Shown one piece after another: positions 40,871 to 51,766 of a stretch of DNA of 64,000 nucleotides. Made by a program: the position numbers and the translations under genes. How positions within the stretch are numbered: the first letter of the stretch is position 1; each line of letters opens with the position of its first letter. The stretch is from Botryllus schlosseri (lineage: Eukaryota). The notes below the pieces were generated by a model that made no database searches, was not told where the DNA came from, and saw only the letters and a program-made list of their open reading frames with translations. The DNA lies in NCBI GenBank assembly GCA_051294905.1, contig CM119373.1:312001-376000 (forward strand). The letters are read 5' to 3'.

Positions 40871-41383
40871 GTAAATATTATTATTATTGTTGGTTGGTTG
40901 ATTGTTTATATTACTGCTACCGTAAGCTGTATACTATTGTGTAAGACCGAATCCACGTCCATTAAACAAATGTTAGTTTATTCGAAGGCGGAACCCGGTT
41001 ATAATGGGATCAAGACTCGCGCAAACCACCAATCTAGTTATTTCACGTTCAACCAACTACTAGCAGTTCTAGTTTTAATTGCGTATATTGAAATGTGAAT
41101 AGTTTTAGTTCATTTTGAAAATCTAGTAGGCTACTCTGTACAAGTCTTATCTATATCCAAAACTGCATCTACGTCCAAAGCAATCTGATACGCTGTACTT
41201 GTCAAACGCGTTGGCACAATGGGAACATACTATAATCATGTACAATAGATGTCAACTTGCTAACCGCCAGTGACAACGACAATGCAGAAGACCTGATAAC
41301 AACAATCAGTTAGATATAATACTGTTATGACGATCTGCTTTGTCACTTCTTGCACAAATCTAGCCTACTTTAAAACTTTTCAG

Positions 41384-41671
41384 ATTATCGACAGGCGCTT
41401 GAGATGAATGAACCACGAGACATCATGCACTTCGGGAATGCATACGTCGCCAGATTTGAAAAACGCCTAGATAAGTGGCTCCCATTCGTAAAGAAAGTTA
41501 ATCCTTCTTACGACAAGCACTCAACAGAAATGAAAAGACTTCTCAGTATTCCACCAAGTGATAAAAACTTCTACAGCAAGCTTTCCGCGGAAATATCTGA
41601 ATATCGTTCCAAGTTGGAGATTGCACACCGAGATGTGCACCTAACGCCTTTTGTAAGAAAATCGCTGCAAG
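41384..41671 (+). CDS. Coding exon 2 (coiled coil, TRIM-BBC-like)
   Basis: TTTTCAG acceptor, GTAAAT donor; 288 nt, phase 1-1; joins in frame as SYD-DYRQALEMNEP. Confidence 0.75.
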
Positions 41672-42417
41672 GTAAATCCGACAAAATATTTCATACATGC
41701 ATCTCAAAATACCGGAGCATCCGAGCTGGATTTTTGGCGAAAATATTACGATGCGAAATGATCCGATTCCACCTATCCAGAGTAGTCTTCGTTCATATTC
41801 AAGTAGCGATAACGTCGTAATTTTGTACCCAAGTAGATGTAGAAGTAGCTACTTCGAAGTAAGTATAAAAGTAGGTACGCTACTCTAGGTCTAATTTTGT
41901 CTAGGAAATTTAAAACTGTCAAAACCGTATGTGAGCTCAGTAACCTGCTCGATGGTACACACATGCAAAACTTTGGTAAGCACTGGAATAGCAATATGAT
42001 ATCCTAGAACAGTCGTTTGTAACCGTTACCAACCTGCCCAACAATCTGCAAGCTTTCGGGAAAATCCACGACCGTCATCATTCGACTGCTGATTGGCCCT
42101 TTTGCCTGCAACAAATGAGGGCTGAGACGGCCTTCTCATCGCAAATCATATATGAGTTGAGTGTATGTCTTAACCTACAGCGCGCCGGTGATAATGGCTC
42201 AGGGAACACCTGCTTGAGAACAACTGCTTTAGAACATAACCTCTGACAATTACGCTTTCATTATCCAAATCGGCGGATATTATCGTTGATCTGTAAGCAG
42301 TATTCATTATACGAATATCGCTAGCGCACGCATGAAGTATCTTAAGTTACAGAGTCAGCTTTTTGACTATATAAAATTAGATCTAAATTACAATTATTTT
42401 TGTTTTTGACCACATAG

Positions 42418-43248
42418 GTTTCGATGCTAAATCCGTCAAAATGGTTCCCCGCGAATCTAGCACGGTTACTATCGGCAAGGAAGCGAAAACGATTGAAGTT
42501 GGAGGATGCAAAGTCAGTTTTCCGGCCGGTACATTTACCGGGGCTCAGCCCGTCAAGATGACGACAGAAATCGACGCAGAAAAGTGGCCTTCCGGGAGGG
42601 AAGCTATCACACCAACACTTTTAATCACCGCTAAAAACTTTCAAAAACCAGCAACAATAGCGTTACCGTCCTGGTGTAGTTTGAAAGATGAAAACGTAGG
42701 CATTGATCTGATGCTGTTCAACGAGGACACGGAAAAATGGAAGGTGATCACGCCGGAGGCAGTGAGAAATGAATCATCTCTAGAATTTCAGTCGGGCCAA
42801 GGCGGTCAATTCATCGCGACTCTGAGGGCTGAGCAGTCCTCTACGGTTACATATGTGGTCCGGCCCATAATCTGTATTAAAAATTCCGAATTCGTGGTGG
42901 CTTTAATCCGCGATATGGAACTAGACAGAGATAAACTGATGGACGACATGAAAAGTAATTTCGGCGACGATTTCATGACGAAAAAGTTTTGCCCGCTGCC
43001 GTGCGCGATGACTCAGACAATCGACAGCTGTATCAAGTGCGTGAAGCCTCGCCAGGGTTTCGAATTCGTGGCGAGCGGAACCTTCTCGCACAACATTGAA
43101 AGCATCATAAAATATGCGATACCGTCGTACGGTCTGTGTGAGTTGGAGAGTGACGCCCCGAAAACGAACGTAACACTCGAGTTTGAACTTCGGGAGGGTG
43201 ATAAGCCGTTGCGCAAGGCAGATTGTTTTCGGTATTGTTGGGAACCTG
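42418..43248 (+). CDS. Coding exon 3: ZU5 + UPA-like domains
   Basis: CATAG acceptor, GTGAGT donor; 831 nt open; ZU5 pattern IGKE..GCKVSFPAGTF..AITPTL..FQKPATIALPSW. Confidence 0.85.
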
Positions 43249-44761
43249 GTGAGTGAAAGCGTTTTTTACTCGATTTTGCCAACTGCATGATATGATTGAT
43301 GAGTATAAACACCCATGGTCTTGGTGGAGAGAGTGTATATACGTGATGTGCGGTAACGTTCATCGTTGGTGGCGTACTGACCCTTTTAGAGTCATATTTA
43401 CCAATTGTAGACCGAAAATGGTAGATGATTCAGTTGGAGACTTGTTTCTTTGGAGATTACCCTTCTTCACACACACGCTGTAAAAAGATACTACGCTTGA
43501 ACAATTAAAGGCGGATATGTTTGAAATATGCATACCAGCTACATCTGTGAGAACCTATATTTTCTCTGCACTAAACATTGGTCATCGAATCTACACGATT
43601 CATGCTATCGTATGTTTGCGAATATGACAGCGTCTCCTTTATCTTAGCTGGGATTGAAGGATTGCTAGCCAACAATGAGTAAAGCTAATTAATCTGTCCG
43701 TCACCTGATTGTTTTTTTTGGCGCTGTCATTGTAAATAACAACCCCCCATTTCGCGATTTTGTGGGGGTTTTGATGCTCTGATATTATCTATTTTTAGAT
43801 TTATGGAATTAGTTCAACAATAGCATTTTATGAATACCAGTAATTATAAGTGCTGAATTATTTTTCGCTATCACAAGTGAGGCTTGGCTTGTCTGTGCCT
43901 CGCCTCTTCATTCGCACTCTATTTTTAATCAATAAACATTCAAATTCCGTGAATTTGGGTGTAAAAACGTTCATAATTTAGTCATTCATGAACATGAACA
44001 TCGATACGACAAATGAGACACTGCCTCACTTTCCCCACTGACCGAACGTTACTGGTGTGCATTCGCCCTCAAAAGGTGATACATGAAAATTAGCCCCACC
44101 TCAAAGTTCAGAAATCCTGTTCCCGGGGTGCCGATCGATTATTTAAACGGACTTGTTAGCGGCTGAACATGAACAGTCTGCTTCCATTTAGAGCCGATTT
44201 GGGCAAATCATCATGATCAATCGACGTTTTTCTTTCCCTGTATGTATTCAATCGCTACTTCGCAAGTTGGATTTTGATGAGTAGGATTTACACATCCCCT
44301 CTTTGTTATTAGTATCATACTGCGTCCGAATTAATGCGTCCTTTATGCATATTCATTAGTCATAGACACAAGTGCGATGTTAAATTGCTTCATGTAGCTT
44401 GTAGTTAGTTTTCAACGTCCGCATTTGCCTTTAACCATGCAATTTTATCCAATCTTAATTAATTGCGTATTGTTATAGTTAGTTCTGCTTTCCTCAATAA
44501 GCAACTAGACATCTTAAGTAATCAACTGAATTCCATGAATCTTTGGAAATAACATACGTCTTTATAAATGCTTGTCAGTCAGCTTGTGAATATTAAGGCC
44601 TTGGAAGCATGGGCGCACCAAAATCGTTAGTCTCGATTACAAAGTATTCCTCCGAATGACCTCGGTTTAGCTTTAGATTATTGCACATGTCGCTGCAACA
44701 GTGTCAAGCTACTTTTAGCGTTTAGCGACTGCATCTTATCACAAGGCTGGTATTATCGCAG

Positions 44762-44971
44762 GTATTGTGGTGGAGAATACAAAAGACCAAATTGAAGAAA
44801 CCTTCGACGATATATCATCATGTTTTATTAACATTGAAACATTTCGAGTATTTGCGATTTCTAAGAGAGGATTTGGCCTTACTGACACCCAATTGGCGAA
44901 GGTAACAGATGACCACACGGAAGACTATAAGCAAAGAAGATCCATCCTATAACTATGGCGTAAGAGGAAAG
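44762..44971 (+). CDS. Coding exon 4: death domain 1 (in-frame TAA at 44950-44952)
   Basis: CGCAG acceptor, GTAATT donor; 210 nt; FRVFA..GFGLTDTQLAKVTDDH..RRSIL*LWRKRKG. Confidence 0.75.
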
Positions 44972-45744
44972 GTAATTTAACATTGCTGGAGATTTGTGAA
45001 GCTGATTCTACCATCTGCGTATAGGAATATAGTATTTTCTAGTCTGACAACTGATATCTCAATCAGATCGTTCACTAGCTGATCATGTTTCTAGTCGGGA
45101 CAGACTTGTACAAACTACGTTAATTTGAAAATGCGCAACGAGATCTAGAACAACTGATTTTTCAAAACTAGAACCTGAACTACTCAAAAATCCAGTATCT
45201 AGTTTAACATCCACTAACAAGATTGATATTATGTTACGAGTCTGAATCAATGGCCTATAGTGATGTGGAACATTGGAAAAGTTCATGGGCAGCGCCTGAC
45301 ATCCCTCCGGCTATCATGCTGTTTACAATGATTGCTTCATTGCATGTATTCTAATCAGTTCAGAGAAAATCAATGTCGTAAATATTTTGCAATGGCGTAA
45401 ACAACGTTGTAGGAATGTTTTACGAATGATCGAATATCATGCGGATATTTAACCGAGATATTCAACTGAATTAAAATCCGCTTTATTGACGGTTCTAGAA
45501 AACCGTACTGCATATTGAAGAGTAAAACATAAATCAGTATACCAAGTCCTTGATGAAACAGGCACCAATGGTAGCCTATACCGACGATTTGAAGATCTTA
45601 ATTACCGTCAACCATATACTTTCGACTGACATTTGATTCGAATTATTATGTGCATTTCATCATTTCACACGCATTCAACATGTATTTATTAATAAATGTA
45701 GACAAGTCTCGAATAAATAAAAATCGATGTATTTTCGCGTTCAG

Positions 45745-45822
45745 GGACCGATGCTACGGCCAAGAAATTGCGTGAACTGGTTGACAAGTATTTTGCCGGA
45801 AAACATGAACTGCTACATCAAG
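45745..45822 (+). CDS. Coding exon 5: end of death domain 1
   Basis: TTCAG acceptor; TDATAKKLRELVDKYF; weak donor GTTGGC (read-through would stop at 45845); 78 nt, phase 1-1. Confidence 0.7.
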
Positions 45823-46156
45823 GTTGGCAATTCCATGTGGCCTGAGGTGCAGTCCCACTCAACTGTGACATACACAAGTTGACGCCTTTAACACACTGCA
45901 TATTGGACCACAGGCATTCACGAATGATAAAATCTTGAAAAACTACAATAAATTATAAATATACGAATAAGACCACATCATAAAGGAAGGCGTGTCTAAA
46001 AAAAGGTTGAGAACCACTGTTCCAGCCACATCGACAATTAATTGTTAATAAATAGCGAATCGTGTAAAGAAAGTGACATGCCTTTGATAGACCTACATGG
46101 AAAGTTGTTGACAAAGCTAATATTACAATACAGCACATGTGCCGATGGCTCGACAG

Positions 46157-46776
46157 TAGGGCTGTTCAAAAATAACTTTTTTTCCTGAATCTTGCTGGTT
46201 ACTTGATTAAATCGTTAGGTTGCCTTAAAAAACGACGCATACCAAATTTGAATTCATTCCGACAAATATTCGCGGGTTACGTAGAGTTTGAAAATTTTGG
46301 ATTTGCCCAAAAACGCAAAAGAAAAAATTTCTCAAATTTTTTTGCCAACCCCATGAAATTGTTGGGCTGTCTTCAAAACCTATGCAAAACAAATTTGACT
46401 CAATTCCTAGCTGTAGAACCGGAGTTATTTCAGTTTTTATTCGAAAATTCTGGGATTATCCTTGATTGGTGGATAATCCATGAATTATCACCGAAAAACT
46501 GGAATAACTCCGCTTCTACGGCTTGGAATTGAGTCAAATTTGTTTTGCATAGTTTTTGAAGACAGCCCAACAATTTCATGGGGTTGGCAAAAAAAAATTG
46601 AGAAAATTTTTTTTTTGCGTTTTTGGGCAAATCCAAAATTTTCAAACTCTACGTAACCCGCGAATATTTGTCGGAATGAATTCAAATTTGGTATGCGTCG
46701 TTTTTTAAGGCAACCTAACGATTTAATCAAGTAACCAGCAAGATTCAGGAAAAAAAGTTATTTTTGAACAGCCCTA
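46157..46776. mobile_element. Near-perfect palindromic (foldback) hAT MITE
   Basis: ~290-bp inverted arms starting TAGGGCTGTTCAAAAATAAC; perfect TSD CTCGACAG; related end at ~38597. Confidence 0.93.
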
Positions 46777-49740
46777 CTCGACAGCCTGAAAGCCCTGAAT
46801 AACTATCATGAGGTCATTATGCCATCAACCGATTCAAACCCTTGCAAGAGTTCATTCTTGCTATTTACATATTTTTAATGCAAATTCTTTATGATAAGGT
46901 TGCCATACGTCCGGAATTTCCCGGACATGTCCGGAATTTCACTGTTTTTACTGCGTCCGGTAGGAATTTCGAAAATATGCCTAAATGTCCGGAATTTTGC
47001 AGGCTTGAAGTAAGGTCATAATTTTTTCGTAAATCAACATAAACAAGATTGTTTTTTGGCAGATATACGGAATTTTTCTTCCCGCTGCGCGCGATTTAGT
47101 ATCACATATCCTCGTTTTAATATGGGGACTACCACCCTCGCAAAAACGGCGATAAATAATATAACATAGCATTTGTTACTGAAATAAGTCTAATTGTAAT
47201 CGCAATTACAAGGTAACGGTATATTCATAGAGTCGGTTGAAGCCGTTTGGATGCTTTATTCAAAGATAGTTTACCTTTATTCTGGGGTTTGCGAAGATGT
47301 TAAACTATAGATAACTAACCTACGGATAGATACGCAACACCCGTCGTCACACTTGCTTGCCCGGAGGTGATTACTGCTCAGCAATCTGAACGCAACATAA
47401 TTTTAATTATAACTGGCGACACGGGTGCTTAAATTCAACAAAGTTGATCTTATTTGAAAGCAACTGTCGCACTGATTCCGAAAATATACACATTAAAATC
47501 GAATCAGGGCAATGGAACCCCCTTGAAATACACCTCAAAGTATGAAAATTGGCATTGTTCTGAACAATCGCAACCACGCAAGGGCGATTGTTATTGTCAT
47601 TGTGATGCGTCGCTGCGATTGGTTAGAGTTAAGGCGAATTCACACATACCCGGTTCGCACGGTAAATTCGCGCGTAACGCACGTATCGCAAGACTCAATT
47701 CACACATTCACGACTCGCGATTATACGCGATCACTATACGGTAGCCGTGCGACGACCAGCCGGACGTATATTCACACTGCCGCGGTCGATCAACCACGGT
47801 TGCAAGCGGTACACCCTGATTCCATTCCAGTTTGCTATGCCTCTTTTCAACATATTGAAATATGACAGGCCTATCTAAAGCCCAGGTGGTTAGTAAGGAG
47901 TACTCATAGGTTTTGTCTACTTTTTCAATAGGTTGTGTTTTATATCACTTCCACGCAACAACATAACTAATCTACTTTTTGCACTACTAATCTACTTTTT
48001 GCACTTTGGAATATTTGCACCTATTTGTAGTGTCACAGGTCAGTTTGCGATAGTCACAAAGATGCACCCTGCAATTTAAAAGTGACCACCTCTGCTAAAA
48101 CTATTCGAGCCATCAACCAAATCGACTATTTAAAACTACTTGATCACCTTTCATTTCTTCATTTCCTACACTTGAAGTAGTTTCCACGTGTCTCTGAAAT
48201 TGCTAATACTACTTGAAGGCGAGTAAAACTTTACAGCAATACTAATGTATGAGTAGCAACGCTGAATATTCTGACCACCTTGGATAAATAGTCACCTATT
48301 CCTGATCACTTCAAGAAATCAAGTGTGCCTTACAATACAGAATTGAATTTTCAATCATGTTATGCAAAGAAATGATGAACAATAAAAAGAAATGGTTACA
48401 CTTGAAAGCAACATTTGCAAATAGAGAATGCATACATTTGAAGAAAGAAACAAGAATAATATGCAATACAACGGTACCAATTAAATCGATGCAGTAATAA
48501 TCATAATAGACAAAACAGTATGCATGATATAACAGTGCTAGTTTTCAACTGGTTGTGATCATAAACTTGGACAAGTTTGCATAATGTCCTTCATTATTGC
48601 AGCAGCACACACAGCCTCCGTTGACTCGCAACTGTGCCGCCATAAAGTTCGCAAAATGATCATATTAGTCCAGCGTGCAGAAAACTGGTCAGTGCTCTTA
48701 TGTAGAAACTTTATCATCTCACCCTGAATAAGATATAATTTATATGTTACATGCATAGCGTGAAAAGTCATACATCACAGCTACACCTACCTGCATCAAA
48801 TGTCTGTCATCATAGTATCTTCGCTCTTCCCTGGTAATTGTCTGCCAATTGTAGAGTTCAATGATGCGTTGTTGGTGGATGCAAAAGATGACGTAGCAGT
48901 GCTGGTTTACACATCAGCTGGTTTCACATCATTTGTCTCTGGCAGTGGTGTCTAAATCCCAGTATTAAAACATTTGAAGCTTATTTTACAGCAATGCCTT
49001 TGAAATTTAATATGCCATAAGGAATTTTACTTCATGCAAAGATTCACCACAATTCACAATATCTGATGTTGTCACTTTAACCAATCATTGCTTCATCTTA
49101 TTCTGCTGCTGTAATCAAACTATCAGAGTAGTGAACTTTTTCAATATCTGGCAGGTTGGCAACAGTGATAGACAGACGAGTATGGTCAACAAAGAAGCTA
49201 AAAATTTATACTTTATCACGACCTATTCTCTGCGTTGGATGCGAGACACATTTTCTGCTAGTATGACGTCCTATCTTGTGCAAATGCAGCATTTCAACTA
49301 GGAGTAAATGAATATGTTTCCCCCTTTCCCAAAAATTGCTCCTCGAAGTCGACCATCGGGTTTTCACTTGCCCCACTGAATGAAATTACAGCAGCAATAC
49401 TGAAATGAATATTAGAAATGAATGGAAATGGACATACCAGATGTTTGCAGTACATCAGCAATTGATGTTGATGTAGGCTGTCATGAACAACTGCCTGGTT
49501 TTTTACTAGTGGAAAGGATTATAGAGTACAATTTCTGTAAACAGATGTAGTAAGATTGAAAAGACACCATTATGTAGTAAAAATGCATGCATCAATATAA
49601 TATGTAGTAAGATTGAAAACACACCATTATGTAGTAAAAATACATGCATCAATATAATATGAATCTGAACTCATCTTAGTTGATAAAATGAAATAGTGTT
49701 GCAGGAATGAATTAACAGCTTCTATCAACTAACTATAAGT

Positions 49741-51766
49741 CAGTGATTCCCAAGTGCGGCCCCGAGGGCCGCATGCGGCCCCCAGATAGCCTTCCTGCGG
49801 CCCCCAACATATATTAAGAAATCGATTTATGACAAAAATAAAATTTATATTTGTAAAATACTCTTGCTTGGCTTGACCTATGTGGTTTTTAATTATAGAA
49901 TTGCAGGAAAGTTGTGAATTGTGAGTATCGACTGCTAACGTTATGTCACTGCTGTTTCAATGCAATGTGCCCCAACTTTCCAGTTGAACGAGCAGTAGCT
50001 ATAGATATAAATAGGTATTGATAACTTTCAAAACCGGAGGAAAATCTCTCCCTCGTGGTCGCTTGACTGAAAAAGAAAGAGGCTCAACTCCCGGAAAATA
50101 CAGTTTTTCTTTCACATTAACAGGTGGTTGACTGAAAAAAAAACTTCCAGGTCCAGCTCCGAAATAGCCGCCGTATATAGCGTTCCTACAGTGCTGACTT
50201 GATGTATATCAGTCGAAGTTGGCCCTATGTAACCAAAATCCTCAAAAAAGAAGACATTTGGGCGTCCTCCGAGGACACTTTAAAAAAATCAAAAAAGAGG
50301 ACAAATCATCTTAAAAGAGGCCGTATGGTAACCCTATGATAACTAGATGTGCTACACGTTACTCACGGTTGAATACGCCGAGATGCATACTGCTTAGTCG
50401 GCTAAAAGCAGCATAATTGGTAGTCCTATATTCAGGGCCGTAACTGCCGCACCCCAAACCCCCCAATTGAGGGGGCCGAGCTCGAAGGGGCCCAAAATTA
50501 TTTCGTGAATTGGCATAAATTATAGGGTATTTTTTGAAAATTTATGCAACTTCTTAAAAAATTTTTCGCGCTGGGCGCGATTTCAATTCGCCGCATATCT
50601 TGATTATTGGGTACTCTTCCCCAAGAAAAAATACGCAAGATTTATAGAAATGGGCATATCAGCGTTGGCCATGACCGCACCACAACGCACCGAGACATTT
50701 AAAGTTTTAGGCCATGTAACATGTGACTCCAATAAGTGAGAACGATCGGCAGCGAGAAAGCCATGGCCGTAAAGGACTGCTTTTATGCTGACCAAAAACT
50801 TCGAAATACCAAAAACTTCGTTATATATACAAAATACATATAGGTTTATTTGTCCATATAGGCGCCTAAATGACTGGCGCCGAATGTTCTTGTCTTGGCA
50901 ATCTGAACCTATCAAGATAAATACCATCCCGCAGGAAAGAAAATTACATGCCAGCGAAGAAATACCAATTGATCTGAAATCGTGTGATCTTCCAGTTTAG
51001 TAGGTTTGGGCAATTCTACATTTTTTGATATAGCAGACAGGATGTCACGGAATAACATTATGTGAAGAAGTCATACCTAGGGGTCTTCCCGCCCGAAGAT
51101 GTTTAATTTTATGGGGTCTGCAGTTTCAAAGACACTCAGCTCTACCGGTAAATTGGATTACGTGGGCAAAGACGACAACCACGCAATTCCCGATCTTATT
51201 CACCGTCTTTATCATGAATTATCGAAATATTCGGGCGTCGCGCTGTCTCAATAAACAGTACAACTTTAATTTCGTGGCAAAAGCGTACAACGTCATGCGG
51301 GGTCAGTTTATCACCCTATGGGAGCCCGGGGTCCTGACGAAGTGCCGTTACGTTCCAGCCAACGGGTACCCCCGGATATGTTTAATTCCTATTGAGGGGG
51401 CCTATACCTTTACAAACACACCTCACTCAATCAATCAGATTACGTGAACAGAGACAAGATGAAAATTGATAGCAATACATGCAATTCCCGATCATATTGA
51501 CCGATTCAGTCATGAAACTAAAGAAATTTTTCGCGCTTGGCGCGTTTAGACGAGAAAATCTGATTCACTCAACAGACACCCAATGCAGCAGATAAGTAGC
51601 GGTAAACGGTGTACACTTTTGGAACCTCGCCAGGGCAATAAAACTACTCCGAAATAGCCATTGTGACTGTTTGGGTCCGTTTCATAGCCATAATATTCGT
51701 GCGGCCCCGACCGTAATCTGAAATTCTAAATTTGGCCCTCACACCGACAAAGTTTGGGAACCACTG
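49741..51766 (+). mobile_element. hAT-Charlie-type element inside the Harbinger
   Basis: TIRs CAGTGATTCCCAA / TTGGGAACCACTG; GCGGCCC motifs; perfect TSD CTATAAGT. Confidence 0.9.
50433..51610 (+). mobile_element. Family A hAT copy, 3'-truncated
   Basis: Starts CAGGGCCGTAACTGCCGCACCCC; colinear with 46-2357 without the family B insert. Confidence 0.8.

Noticed and set aside
43900..44100. Extra small exon between exons 3 and 4
   Set aside because: The candidate phase-1 frame hits a stop, and exon 3 joins exon 4 in frame without it
46203..46730. Two ORFs with identical N-termini on opposite strands
   Set aside because: Artefact of the palindromic MITE
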